From NCBI GenBank assembly GCA_002633005.1, contig NMRA01000304.1, forward strand, positions 213,200-277,199: 64,000 nt of DNA. The letters run 5' to 3'. Shown here one piece after another: positions 13,942 to 27,319 of this stretch; the stretch's first letter is position 1, and every line of letters begins with the position of its first letter. The translations under genes were made by a program, and so were the position numbers. Under the pieces are notes generated by a model. It was not told where the DNA came from, ran no database searches, and was given only the letters and a program-made list of their open reading frames with translations. The DNA is from Phoronis australis (taxonomy: Eukaryota; Animalia; Phoronida).

Positions 13942-14132
13942 GTAAGCCTCTGTTCTGAATGCTTTAATTAATATCTCTTTTGTTGTGGTGTGAATTGCAA
14001 ATGCAACACTCACTGTCAATTTTCATTGATATTTTGTAAAGTGAATCATCAAGTATGTTGCTGTCAACTACATGAAGGAAGCCAGACAAAGAATACCGTG
14101 GGTTTTCACAGCCTAAATTGATTCCATCAAAG

Positions 14133-15765
14133 CATGTTTTCCCAATTGCTCCGTCTGTCTTGGTGTTTCACTGGTTTATTATGGGCGTGTATATGGTTTT
14201 GAGATAGACATTGAGTAATTAAAACTTTGTCGTTTTAAAGTTGACATAACCTCAGCTGTTGGGTTTGTACTCAACTTGACAGGTATTCATAACAGTCTTA
14301 GTTAGTGTGTAGTGAATCATGCTCAAGTTCCCTCAGAGAGGAGTGTACAGTAGACCTGTGTGGAGGAGTTACCTTGAGGTCAATACACTCCTGTATTTGT
14401 TTTATTTACAGTGGTTCTGATTACTATACAGTTGTACAGTTCCGTTCTTTAACACAGGCTGTCTTGAATGCACTGACTCAGTCTGGTTCCAATCCCAGTC
14501 TCTACTTGTAGTATCTGAACTTGGCAATTGTGGCGGAGGTCATTTTTATGTGGCCTTATTTTTAGGCGCCAATTAGTCCAGTGCTTTCGCGCAATCAAGT
14601 GTGTAGGGTGGTTGCCTTATCTTTTTGAGAAGGATGCTTTCTGGACTTCTTCAAACAGCTTGGCATTTTATTGGTTGCTGTCAAGGCTGTGGTGGAATTA
14701 TCCATTTGAAATATTACCCCCTGTGAAAGACTTCACAATGTTGCTACTGCCTGAGGCCCGAAATGGGTGCATGTTAATAATTCGACACTGCTAGTGTTCT
14801 GAAGACACATAGGCACGCCGTCTTCTTGTTTCAGTTGGGAAAATTTTCCATCTTGGTCCAGTCTAAGTTTATCTCTGATTCGCTGGAGTTCTTGCTGATT
14901 ACATTGTTGGCAGTATTTCTCTGTTTGACAATTATTGAAGATTCNCATGTTTTCCCAATTCCTCCCTCTGTCTTGGTGTTTCATTATCACTGGTTTATTA
15001 TGGGCATGTATATGGTTTTGAGATAGACATTGAGTATTTAAAACTTTGTCGTTTTAAAGTTGACATAACCTCAGCTGTTGGGTTTGTACTCAACTTGACA
15101 GGTATTCATAACAGTCTCAGTTAGTGTGTAGTGAATCATGCTCAAGTTCCCTCAGAGAGGAGTGTACAGTAGACCTGTGTGGAGGAGTTACCTTGAGGTC
15201 AATACACTCCTGTATTTGTTTTATTTAAAGTGGTTCTGATTACTATACAGTTGTACAGTTCCGTTCTTTAACACAGGCTGTCTTGGGTGCACTGACTCAG
15301 TCTGTGGTTCCAATCCCAGTCTCTACTTGTAGTATCTGAACTTGGCAATTGTGGCGGAGGTCATTTTTATGTGGTCTTATTTTTAGGCGCCAATTAGTCC
15401 AGTGCTTGGGCACAATCAAGTGTGTAGGGTGGTTGCCTTATCTTTTTGAGAAGGATGCTTTCTGGACTTCTTCAAACAGCTTGGCATTTTATTGGTTGCT
15501 GTCAAGGCTGTGGTGGAATTATCCATTTGAAATATTACCCCCTGTGAAAGACTTCACAATGTTGCTACTGCCTGAGGCCCGAAATGGGTGCATGTTAATA
15601 ATTCGACACTGCTAGTGTTCTGAAGACACATAGGCACGCCGTCTTCTTGTTTCAGTTGGGAAAATTTTCCATCTTGGTCCAGTCTAAGTTTATCTCTGAT
15701 TCGCTGGAGTTCTTGCTGATTACATTGTTGGCAGTATTTCTCTGTTTGACAATTATTGAAGATTC
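14133..15765. repeat. About 815-bp near-identical direct duplication centred on an N (14945); probable artefact
   Basis: 14133-14944 repeated at 14946-15765; explains the twin 88-aa ORFs at 14528 and 15349. Confidence 0.9.
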
Positions 15766-16399
15766 GATTTTCAGTTCACCTTCATAGAGATGATTTTAGT
15801 TAAACTTTTTGTTTGAAATTCTAATCGATACATTACATTTCTTTGATTCCCAACTGGGCAGGTGTGTACCTAAATCCTTATCCATTTCACCCAAAAATAA
15901 TTGTCAAAATGGTACATATTCTTTTTTGCAAAATCTGATTACCTTGCTGCAAAATCAATGCCATTGGGAACTTTACCAAGTGTTAATACTTGTGCTATTT
16001 GGCACAAGTCAGCGTGTTGATATCAGGGATATTCCTAGACTGCAGCTTCGCGCTATTAGCGTATGAAAAAATAGAAAGGCGCAAGTGCATTGCAGCAGTG
16101 TGCCCCAGCCGGGTGCGTCTTTTTAAAACACAGCACTCTTCCAAAAACGCAAGGTTCTACTCAACTTACAGCCAGTCGGGTCAAACATGCCTCTCTTCTT
16201 ATTTAATTTGCCCTTGGGGTTTCTGTTTCATATGTTACCAATTTAATTGCAGTAAGTCTGCTGGACAAAATTTTTTAAAAGAGGCACACCTTTTTTATAA
16301 CTAGGTGCACCCATAGGGCACAGTTTCAAACCTGGTTTGTCCATCCCTGTAATATCATATAAGTAAGATTTATTGGTCTTCATGCATGTTCCATAGTTG

Positions 16400-16525
16400 T
16401 ATCTGAAAAGATCTCTGTCCTGACCGAGGTTCAGTTGGAACCCAGGACTTTCTGCTTGCTATGCAGATGCTCTAGTCCACTAAACTATCGGGACCACTGG
16501 TAAATTACAGAAATCTAAACAGAAC
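16400..16525 (-). mobile_element. tRNA-related interspersed repeat family C, minus-strand copy
   Basis: Reverse complement resembles 56370-56490 (ccagtgg..agtgaactagagcat..gcagaag..gacagaaatcttttcaga). Confidence 0.55.
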
Positions 16526-17184
16526 TTAGTCAGGGTAGAGATCTTTTCAGACTTAACTATAGGTCACCTGATGTGACCAACATAATTGACTAATAATTCT
16601 TACTTTTACCAAGTGTTGTTTATGACATCTCGACTGTTCAATCCTTGCTAATAATAGATTATTTTTTTTTAATTTTCATTGTTGTTGACAAACTTGAAAA
16701 AAATAAAATATCACTTGTCACCCTTATTCTGTGCTGAATCGCATGAGGTTCAAAATTCAATTAACCTATTTCACATGTTAGCAAGATAAAAACTTTTCTC
16801 TCTCAGTGCAACACCAACTGGTATTGCAGAAAAACGGAATCTCTCATAGTGGTGCTGTGTATTAAAAGTGGTATTTTTAGACCTGTTCTCATTTCACACT
16901 CATTGTTTCATGTCGTCAGGTGATTTATTTGTTTAATGCCTGTTTCCAACTTTTCAGTAGTTCTAATGTACTTCTGTGACATTTAAATGGATGAAGTCAA
17001 AACATGAGGCATTTGTTCCCAGTGGGCTATTCTTGCTTTATTGAAAGTAGTCCAAGTGTTTCAAATAGATCTGCATTCTATCATTTTAACAAAATAAACA
17101 CCTTATCACTGGTCTAGACATTAATGGCTATTGAAAACAAATACTCCTGACTGACAAAAGCCAAGCTTTCTCTCCAGAGACATT

Positions 17185-17641
17185 AGGGACTTTCCCACTA
17201 GGTTCGAAGCTTAGCAAAGTTTCAGTCAATTGGAACACTTAACTTTGGTTGTGAATTGAAGGTAACAGCGCGAGTTTACTCCTGAGTAAAGAAATGGATT
17301 TAATGGCAAAGTGTTGATGCTTCGCTACAATGGATACACTTAACTTCAGTGCCACTGAAGTTATTGATGCGAACAGCAACCAGTGACTTGTTAATATTTT
17401 GTTCTCATACTTTTATTATTTTGGTAATATAAGCATTATGCTTCAGTTCATCTGTGTATTTGCTACATTCACTGTCTTTCTTCAGGTCAATTGATACTCT
17501 GCCACCTTGCAATAACTCCACTGAACTAGATGTCTGAATAACTCCAAAGCTGATGGGAACAGTAATGCTTAATTCCTTGGTTAACTGTTGCTAACATAGA
17601 AGCTGTGACAGCAACTGAGTTAACTGCATGGGAAAGGGTCT
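17185..17641. mobile_element. Degenerate MITE related to 31669-32164
   Basis: Ends agggactttccca / tgggaaagggtct; shares internal taacttcagt..actgaagtta and tggatttaa..agtgttga segments with 31669-32164. Confidence 0.55.
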
Positions 17642-17745
17642 ATAGGCAGGGGCAGCTCTTTATTAAACAAGGGTCGTAAGTTTGGTCGTAGCTAAGAAAA
17701 TAGTAACACCACACTAAATAATCTCATGTGATTGTTGAGTCAAAC

Positions 17746-18071
17746 ATTAGACGAATTTCATGAAACATAATCGGGTAACAATAAACTGAATGTTTTAGAG
17801 CGCCAATGACTATGGTCATCCTCAGAATGATGTTTAAAGTCGGCTTGCAGTCACGTGATGAAGCTCTCACTTTGAGCCTTGTAATACAACATCATAAGAG
17901 TCAGAGAAAAACATGAAATCGTATCTGGTGGCCCAAGGCAGATTAACTTCATCACACTACTGTTGGTCCTCCTAAACATCATTCTGAGGACTATCGATCG
18001 CAGCCAATAACAATCAAAAACTTCAATTTATTGTACGTACCTGATTATGCCTCATGAAATTTGCCTGATAA
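17746..18071. mobile_element. Fold-back MITE with inverted arms of about 90 bp
   Basis: atttcatgaaacataatcgggta..aataaa..tcctcagaatgatgttta versus taaacatcattctgagga..tttatt..tacctgattatgcctcatgaaat. Confidence 0.75.
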
Positions 18072-18865
18072 GTCTTAATTTCCAAGTTTCATTTACACGC
18101 AGTTCATCAATATGACAACATTATGTCAGCTGCAACATCTGTACTCTTCTATCTTCTAAATAACGCGGCATCTTGTTTGATATAAGTGCCTACCATTATC
18201 TCTGCTACGACTGGACTTGCGAGCTTCAATGAAACGGGCCTCTGAATGCTTACATAAATTTTGCTTGGACTTGAAAAATTTAGGGTTCGATTACTGTTCA
18301 GTCATAGTGCTCAAAACGTGCCAAGTTCTCATTTTTCAATGGCTGCTTTGCTACAATTTTCAATTTTCTGGCACTGGTCTCTTGACAGGACAGTGTACAT
18401 TATGAACCATCAATGATTTAGTTTAGTTGAGAAACTTTTCTATGACCCCCAGTCAAATTGCTGTTATAGTGGGTTATGATACAGTTTTTCGTATCTTGCT
18501 TCATTTCTTAACAAATCTTTTATTCTTGTCAGGCCAATTAGCTTCTTGAGTAGTGGCTGCGTGTTAAAAGATGGAGATACCCATGCATTTTTGATTATTT
18601 GACCTGGGCGGCTATCTGTTGAACAGGGCGTCCTAGCTAGGATGTCTAAGTTTGAAGCAAGGTCCATTTGGATGCCCTGGACATCCTCTAGACGAAGGCT
18701 TAGTTATGTGTTAAATTTCGTGGAGTCATTACTGAGAATTTTAGGTTATCTCTTTACAAATAATCTTGAATCAAACACACGGTCACATGTTGATCCAGGC
18801 ACATTATCTACCATACGTGAAAAGATACCATATCTGTATCACCATCTTTGGAAACTGATTGGGCT

Positions 18866-18966
18866 ATAGTCTAACATGATGGGCCTGCATTTTGAGAACC
18901 AGTTGATGCCCGTTATTCAGTGGAGAAAACTGTTTCTCAAAATGCAGGCATGTTATGTCAGACTAT
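18866..18966. repeat. Imperfect palindrome of about 100 bp
   Basis: atagtctaacat..gcctgcattttgagaaccagtt / aactgtttctcaaaatgcaggc..atgtcagactat. Confidence 0.75.
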
Positions 18967-19714
18967 TAGCGACCGAATGAATGATATCCTGTCAGCATTT
19001 CAAAGAAATCAAAAATATTCCTGAACATTAACTGCATATGGAATCCTTGTCCTTCCTTTTAGCACTCAATGCAGTTTGTAGGGAAGCTAGGCTATTGTTT
19101 TCAAGTGATAAAAAAAATTATTATTCTTATTGAGCTTTTTCAAAATCAGTATGTGTCACATGACCTGAAGATGGCGTTAGTGTAAGGTAGTCTTTGCAAA
19201 CTGCGAGCACTTCAAGCACTATCGGAGTTTTAGCAAAATGACATTTACAACTCGGGTAGATGCTGACCAGAGTCTGCCATAGAACATTGAGGTTCTGGTG
19301 TGTTGGTTCTGTAGGTCACCACTATCATTTGAAATAGCCTTTTCATGATGTAGGTTGCCATGTAATTTTATGTCTACATGGGGACACTCCATTCTTTTCA
19401 AAAACTTCCCAGGATTGTTGGGCATTCTTCTCCCTGTTTGACAGCAGGGTGTGGCTTACCACAGAGTCTTGCTACTGTTGTCTGACAGAACATGGTTTGT
19501 TGGTATGCCATTTTTACCAACTGCAAGCAAGGTGTTGTTTTAACCAGATTGAGAATGTTGATTGTGTGTTGATTGTGCTAATGTGAGCCATCTTGCTGAG
19601 GTTGTCCACTTTTTTTCTTTCAGGAAATTCGCGTAAAACTATGTTAGGCTAATTGTTAAGGATTTAAAAGGTTGTGTCCATTAGTTAATTGTGTTTGAAG
19701 CATTTAATGATAGT

Positions 19715-20285
19715 AGCTTCATTATTCTCCTCTGCTTATTGAAAAACCCATTACAGCGTCATCTTATTGCACCATAATGTTCTGCTTTGCACTGTTTGAG
19801 CCTCCATAACAGCACCTCATTATTCTTTGCACTATTTGAACTCCATATAACTGTATCATTTTATAACACCAGAATTCTGTTTTATGGGATTTGAAGCCCA
19901 TTTCACCACCATCTTACAATACCATTATTCTGCTTTGCACTATTTGAAGTCACGCTGCGAAGACAGTTGAGTGAGGTTGCTTGATGAGAGGAGATGTCGG
20001 ACAGCGTAACAACAGATAGTCTTTTACACCGTTATTCTGTTTTGCACTATTTGAAGCCTCGTAACAGCACCATCTTATAATACCATTATTTTGCTTTGCA
20101 CTGTTTGGAACCATGTAACAATACTGTCTTATAATACTGTCTCCTGTTTTGCACTATTTGAAGCCCCATAACTGCACCATTTATTACACCATTATTCTGC
20201 CTTTCACTATTTGAACCCCATAATGGCACCATCTTATTTTTGTATTACAAAACGCTATCTGAAGCCTCAAAACAGCACCACCTTT
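19715..20285. repeat. Degenerate minisatellite, unit about 54 bp
   Basis: Repeated caccattattctgctttgcactatttgaagccccataacagcaccatcttata, interrupted near 19955-20020. Confidence 0.85.
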
Positions 20286-22466
20286 TTGCCCTGGTTTTGT
20301 CTGGAGCTTATTTTAGTTTCATTTTATTGAAGCGAGTAAGTGTTCATTACTTTTCTAGAATGCACTGTCAACCTAGTGGAGTTCCATTTTGCCCGTGCAG
20401 CGGTGTCCTTCATTTAACATAGCTGTAGTGGACTAGGTTTCTGTATCCGTATTTACCTTTTACATTTGTGATCGTATTGAAAACTATTTTGATTGCTGAA
20501 AACTTTATTTCTTTTTACAAAAATCTTGGCTAAAAACCAGTATCTCCAATTCAGTGTACATTCACTTGTCGCAGGTATGCTGCTTTTGGTATCATGTGAT
20601 GCACAGTACATCTGAATAATACAATACATGACCCTTGTGGATATCTTGTTATTTGAATTTAATGTTTAATGCCTTTGTTATCACTTGGTGTGTAGTACAG
20701 TTTAATTTGTAGACTAGACATAAACATATGTTTCTGTTCAACCTCATGTTTTATGGATCTGGTGATTTGCTTTCATCTCCTATTTCTGTTCTGTGTAACA
20801 TGGTGACCTCTTACGGCCTTTGACCCAGAGATGACCTCTACGGTGTCCTCTGGTCTATTATCAGATGTGGTTCTTGCAACTCTTTACTAGCGATATATCA
20901 ATGGCTTCCTATGAGTTCTTGCATTCCATCTGTATCGATTACTGCTAGTTTGAATAAAATAATCCATGAACAGACCAGTTTAGTCTTACTAGGTCATTAA
21001 TATTCATTTAGAAGCATTGAATGCAATTTCCACATTTATTTGAAAGTTTCCACATTTCCATATTTACGGTATTTGAAACGTGATATATTAACCCTGTGTC
21101 ATTCTTAACTCCAATGAAGGTTATTGTTGTGGAAATTGGGGTTTGTTGTCTAACTGCATCGAATAAACATACACTATTTGTAGCATAATTTTCACTGTAG
21201 AGTTATGCACTGAGGTCAACATCAAACAATGATGTCTTTTGACATGAATTTGCATATAGTGACCACCCAAGTATAAGATGTTATGGAGGTAGCATAAGTA
21301 ATTAAGCTTTGTGTGCAACCATCTCCCATCTCTTCCCCCACCCCCCTCCCCCCAACACATAACCATTAAAACTACAGTCTCCTTGGTAATGGTAAGATGA
21401 GTGATGCCGCAAGACTCTAAAATAGATGTAGGAAACCAGCAAGAGTTGATTATGTCTTTGGCATATAGTCCATTATTTACCTCATCTTTTCATTGACATT
21501 TTAGTGTATCAAATAGTGGTAATATTGTCACCCAGACAACGCTCTACTCCGACAATTTATTACAGGCATATCCGTGTTTGCTCAGTTCTTCATCCTTGAT
21601 TAGGTTCTGCCGTTCTCAATTATAACCCGTTCAATGGACCCAATCGTTTGTGTATGTGTTTCATCTCATAACTAATGTTCAATACAATGATCAAGTACTG
21701 ATTCGTATCCTGGAAGATATTTAATTCATCATATCACCCAGGGACAATTTTATTCACTTGTCTTTAATTATCTATCTGGTAATAACTTGGGAGTATACGT
21801 CACACACAGTGGTTTGCATATTTCTTGATTGCTGCAAGCATCGCTTTTGCTCTTTGTCGCAGACAAAATTTGTTAGCTGCAAGCAAGCTGCAAACATGCT
21901 GTATGCTTGCAGCAAACTCAGTGTTTTCGTATGATGTTCTTTAGTAGCACAGTAAGACCATTTGGCAATACCGACACGGTCATGGACAGTTTCTTAGAAA
22001 TGTTTTATTCAGTCCTCGTTGTGACATGATTTATGAAAAAATTGGTTTTCTTTGGCTCTTCAACAGTCAGAATATCTAGTCTTGGTCAAATTTTACCATT
22101 TGGGATTTCAGCTTAGTGGCTTGATTCCATTCCTGTTGAAATTTAGTTGCAATTCTAGTTTTACAGAAGCCTTAGGTGACTATTTGGTACCACCAGTAAT
22201 CTAAACCTAGTCATATAAGTCTCATCATATCCATTGTTCTCTCAATTCAAACAAGTTTGTTACTTATTTCACCAACATTTCCTGGGCATCTTATTGTCGG
22301 CCATTGAGAACTTGATATTAAGTGTTGTCTGATATCTTTTCAGTTGAATGGTTTCAGCACTATTGTAAAAAATTCTTAAACCCTATGTCTTTTTCTTTCA
22401 AATAATGCAGTCGCAGACATAGTCGACGTTTTCAGCAAAAAGTTGCACCAAAATTTGCGGAGCTCT

Positions 22467-22770
22467 AGGCCCTGTTTCTTGAAGAGATGGTGCACTTTTG
22501 CCTTTTGACTTAGACAAAAGTCAGAAATCAGTCTGCAAATAACCCAAAGTTGATTTTTTGTCAAACTTTTGTATTTCTCAAAACGTTTTTGTCTTCTGTC
22601 AAGTTGAGCAGAACTTTTGTCTTTTGATTTTGATTTGCAGACAGATTTTCTGCGGACTTTCAGCCTTAGCCAGCAACTTCTTTTGTGAAACAGGCAAAGC
22701 CAGATGTCAACTCGTATTTAGCTGAAAGTCAAAAGGCAAAAGCCAATAAACTCTTTCGAGAAGTCCCCTG
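22467..22770. mobile_element. Fold-back MITE just upstream of the exon-53 acceptor
   Basis: cttttgccttttgact / agtcaaaaggcaaaag and gtctgcaaat / atttgcagac inverted pairs. Confidence 0.65.
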
Positions 22771-22814
22771 GTGGGCTTGTTAGGTGGTTTCTAATGTTGG
22801 TGGTTTTATTACAG

Positions 22815-23026
22815 TTGAGCGCCTGCAAGAGCACTGGCAGGACGCCAACGACAAGGTGTCCAAGAGGAGGAGCGAACTGGACGATATCTTACTGGACAGT
22901 GATCAGTTCAACGAGCAGAAGGCAGCCCTTGACCAGTGGCTAGACAGTGCTGAGAAGCAACTTAACAGTATCCAAGAGCCCGGCCAGACCCTTGAGGCTA
23001 TTGAACAACAGAGGGAGCAACTGCAG
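22815..23026 (+). CDS. DMD: Dystrophin exon-53 homologue (ERLQEHWQDANDKVSKRRSEL...QQREQLQ)
   Basis: 212 nt, phase 1 to 0, same as human exon 53; ttacag and CAG|gtcagt sites. Confidence 0.96.
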
Positions 23027-25337
23027 GTCAGTCACTCTGTCTTGTTAGGGATAATAATAATGTCCCCCGAGACAAAAAGTCAAACCCTGGGCTTTTGTTT
23101 TTGTTTTTAAGCAGGGTAATGACATGGTTTCTTGAATTTTCTGCTGGCTCTCTGTTGGTATGGTTACTTTTGTCTGTAAATTATATTGCTTGAATTGTGC
23201 TTGGGAACCTGTTGTCTGTGGGCATTTCCCTGAACTGTATGGTATCTTATCACTGGACAAGTAGTTAGCCCATCATTTCACACACGTGCATGGTCAAGTT
23301 AAGGGCATGGGTTTCACTGGAAGAACTTGAATAGGTTTGAGCCTTTTGTGCAGATAAATATCAGGCTGTACAAAGACTCTCACATCAGAGTTATCTATCT
23401 GGACCAGGCATAAGTACAGGGACTGGTTATTTATAGATGTTCGTATTGTCTCTCTATGGGAAGCTTCGCTGATCTAAGGAAATGTTGCAAAAATCTCTTT
23501 GGGCCAAACATTTCATCGGTGGCTTTTTTGAGTTTCACGCCGTGGATTTACTTTTCTTCATCTTGGTAAAGGTAATGCTTGTTCACTTTAGACTGGGATA
23601 ACTGCAATGGTGAAAATTTCATTTTTTTCAAATTTTTTAACAGTCTTGAACAAAAGAAGATTAGCATTATTCCGTTATTGGAATAGTTGTGTGCCTGTCA
23701 TTAACTATATGTATAATGCCTGAAATTCTGTACATTTCTGGTAATGCAGTTTCCTTGTTTAAAAGTTTTGAAAAACAGAAAATGATAGTTTCTGCTACAT
23801 AGCCGAATATCTAAGTTCAGTTTGCCAAGTGGAATTCGATGCAGCTGGTGTTCAGTCTGCTGCATCTGTGTACTGGGTCGTTTCCATTCCCTGTAAATTC
23901 TTTTTTTTTTGCCGTCTCAGCTCATTGCTCATCATATCCAACTGTGCTCTATTAGGATATGACTAAAAATACTCATCTGGATGGGTCTGCTAATGGTGTC
24001 TGCATCTGTTGACTGATGGAAACTGTTATTGGCATGCCTTCCTGTTAAGCCATAAGCTGTTTGCAAGTGTTTTTTGTGTCCTGATTGTTGCAGAAAAATT
24101 ACCCTGCCGGCTGGCATTGTAATAGTGTTATGGTAGACTAAACATTACTCCCCTGACCTTATTAATAGGGTAAACATACCAATGCAAATTTTTTGACCTT
24201 TGGTATTTTCTTTTTCTGTGATAGAGACATGGTATTTTCTTTTAAAACAGGTGGGTTGAGGTCCAAATGTTATCTAAGAACGATTATTTTTTATTTTAAG
24301 TAGCACCATCTTTTGCCTGAGTGGCAAGTTATTTGGTGATAATGGCACTAGTCGATTTTGCTTTGAAGCAATAGCTATAAAATTGTGACTTAACGAAGCC
24401 TTCATAGGGAGGCATTTGTCTTCCCTGCAGTTTGGTCACTCTCACCTTCTCTGCGTTGGGTTTCAGGTGATTTCTAAAATATGCAGGCATGTAATGGGTT
24501 CTGCACTTGATTAGCTGGTTGCTATGGTTACCTTTGTTTAATCTTACATCAGTCTGTCATGTGGTCTGGTCTGCATTGAATAGCAGATGAACATTAATAA
24601 AAAACAGTCTTCTGCTCCTGGGGTCTTATTCGAGGCCATGGAAGCAACAAATTCAGCTGCATTCTTGGGCCATTAGAAATCACTGAATAGTGAAGGTGAC
24701 TGTGCCATTTCTTCAGGGATGAGAAATTACATATTCAAGTCTCTTGTTGGAGTGGAATGGGTTTAATTTGTGTTTAAAGTAGCGGAAAAATGGAATGCCA
24801 GTGGTGTGTGGGGAATTATGCAACAGTCTACATTGACTTACCAAGAGGGGGCATTGTTGCCCTATTTATATATTCACCAGTGTATTAGAGTGTATTGGAT
24901 AGTGTACTCCTTTACCTGTAAACACCTGGCTGGTGTCTTCTCTGGGTCTGACCTGCGTGACTCCCGGAAGCTTAAGTATTTGATGTTGTCTTCAGGAAAT
25001 ATTTGTCTAGTTGGCTGTTCTTAAACTGTTTTGAGGGGTGACAACACTTCGACTTCTGCATTTTTGAAATGTTAGGCATAGTGTTTGTTGTGACTTGTTT
25101 CCCATAACTTTCATGATAGCTGGTGATACATTTTGTTGAAATTAATCTGTCTTCGTAGCAGTTATTGTGTAATCGTGGAGAATTATTGTAAATTGCAATG
25201 AGATGGTGATTACACGTTTTTTCAAGAAGACTACACTCATCAATTCTACTCTCCAATGAATGGTTAACAGTGCTTTTTGCAATGACTTCCACCTCTTATT
25301 CACTAACAGTCGTTAAATATCTGCTCCCTAATTGCAG

Positions 25338-25492
25338 GCACTCTCCACTGCTGTTGAGGAGAAGCAGTCTAGCATCGACCAACTGAATCAGACCGGTCAG
25401 AAGTTGATCGCGGACTACAGTCAGGATGACACCAGTAAGATCTCAGTGACTCTGGACACAGTCAATCGCAGATGGGAGGCTATTCAGACTAA
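25338..25492 (+). CDS. DMD: Dystrophin exon-54 homologue (ALSTAVEEKQSS...KLIADYSQDDTSKI...RWEAIQT); absent from ORF track
   Basis: 155 nt, phase 0 to 2, same as human exon 54; DYSxDDT motif; donor |gtaagg. Confidence 0.95.
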
Positions 25493-25588
25493 GTAAGGCA
25501 ACTGTTTCACTCTAAAGGCATAGTGTCATGGATGCTACCCCTTTTTTTTTCTACCATCAAAATATCTGATTCTACCTGTGAGTTGTCT

Positions 25589-25812
25589 GAGAGGAGGCAG
25601 TGTGGCCTAGTGGGATAAGTATCCTCTTCCTTTGCTCGAGGTCGTGCATTCGAGTCCCACTGGGGCACCCTGCTAGACCCTTGAGTCAGGTGTCTAGTTC
25701 CTCAGCTTGGTTTTAACTATATGTTAATAAACCATACAAGGGTTCCAGGTGATCAGAGCGGCCTGCGTACGTCTGGTACAACGTGTATCAGGCCGCCTGC
25801 AATTATTGTTAT
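25589..25812 (+). mobile_element. tRNA-derived SINE family B
   Basis: A-box tggcctagtgg, B-box-like attcgagtccc; body and tail match the reverse copy at 62487-62730; a tail-only fragment lies at about 49348-49400. Confidence 0.85.
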
Positions 25813-26449
25813 TTGTGGGTTGTCCCAGATTTTAACCCTAAAGTGCATGTAGCAGAGAAAGTGTTAGAGTATGTTAGAGTAAAATTTCTTGAAGATGTAA
25901 CATAATGTTACAGAAAAATGAAAACGAAAATCGTGTTTTGTGAAATAACCCAACAAAACTAAATGTTACAAAAACATGTCTCTATTGGATTCATAACCTG
26001 CACTGTGCAGTAGAGAGCATTTGAAAATGCAAAAACGATACTTTTTGCTGGAACTTAAAAAACATATTGTTGCATGTGTATGCTCTTTGCTCACTAAGAT
26101 TATGTGAGAGGGAGACCTTATCAATGCCGGTCTACGCATCTGGTCCTACTACCTGGAAAATGTGGAGTTCAACACAGTAAAAGTACATATATTTTCTGAT
26201 AATACAAAGCCTTTAGAATTAGATTTTATACTGAATCAAATCTATCATTAACTTGGTCATGTAGATTAGGCAAAAAGAAACTTGTGACAAAATGTTTCTG
26301 TTTCAATTTTCAAAAATGTTTTCATTTCGTTTTCATTTTAGGCAACTTTTGTTGTCATAACTATCATAAAAGTCTTATGTTTTGTTAGTTCTTCTTGCAG
26401 AAGTGTAATATTTTAAAAACAATTCCTAGTTGCATTTTGGTACATAAAT

Positions 26450-27319
26450 ATAGATTATTACATGGCGAAGTCGTTATCCCCTGTTATTTAGAGCCCGAGT
26501 GGATTTTTGGAGAATTATCGCCCGAGGGGCATTAGCCCCGAGGGTGATAATTCTACAAAATCCACGAGGGTTCTAGATAAGGGGGATAACGACTGAGAAC
26601 ATGTAATAATCTATTTATACCACATACCGAACGAGAAACATTGCAATGAATCGATCTACCTTTCTCAACTCGCCTCGGCTTTGTAACTACTTTCTATGTC
26701 AGAGGCCCGTGGTCGGAGGTCATGACCTTTTAAGAAAAGCCGAGCTATTTTTGTCAAATAATGCTTATACTCAAAAGCAATTGAAAATTTAAACAAAATA
26801 AAAATAAAGTGAATCTATAAATTAAGGTTTAGCAACTCTTATAGCTTACTACACATTTTATCACGCTAAGCTTCGACCGGGAAAATATCGTCTGCTAACC
26901 ACTGGTAACAGAGTATAATGCTCAAGTTGAAGGATCCCGACAAATCCCGCATACCCGCATTCAAATTGGAGATCGGTGATTTACAAGTGAGAGAACACTT
27001 ATAGAGAAAATTTTCACTGAATTAAAATATCGTTTTTATGGAAATTATGCGTCTTATTTTTCCTAGCATATAAATGTCGGTACAATGCCCTTTGCTGAAC
27101 ATGCGATTGTTGCGCGTGCTCATTTAAGTATTCTATTTTCACGTTCGATGACGTCAGCCGTTGAGTGGTGTAGTGGTAAAGTTGGCGACTCACAACTCTT
27201 GAGGCCCGGGTTCGAATCCGGCCTCGGTTTCCGGCCAAAATGTTATTTCACCAGTGAGATAACTTTATGGGTTATTACACTGCTGTATCTTCCATTATTG
27301 GCTAATATTGTGGTATAAA
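26450..27319. mobile_element. Non-autonomous element with a 165-bp terminal hairpin and an internal tRNA-like segment
   Basis: Palindrome 26450-26614; tttataccac (26614) and gtggtataaa (27310) form an inverted pair; tRNA-like sequence at 27157-27229; CpG-richer than flanks. Confidence 0.65.

Noticed and set aside
14528-15615. Two near-identical 88-aa ORFs as a duplicated gene
   Set aside because: Non-ATG starts, no recognisable motif, and both fall in an N-centred assembly duplication.
19715-20285. CRISPR-like repeat-spacer array
   Set aside because: Eukaryotic intron, whole units are degenerate copies without unique spacers, and no cas genes.
27157-27229. tRNA gene (A and B boxes, CAC in the loop position)
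   Set aside because: Acceptor stem has mismatches, the anticodon stem does not pair, and it lies inside a repeat; treated as tRNA-derived sequence.
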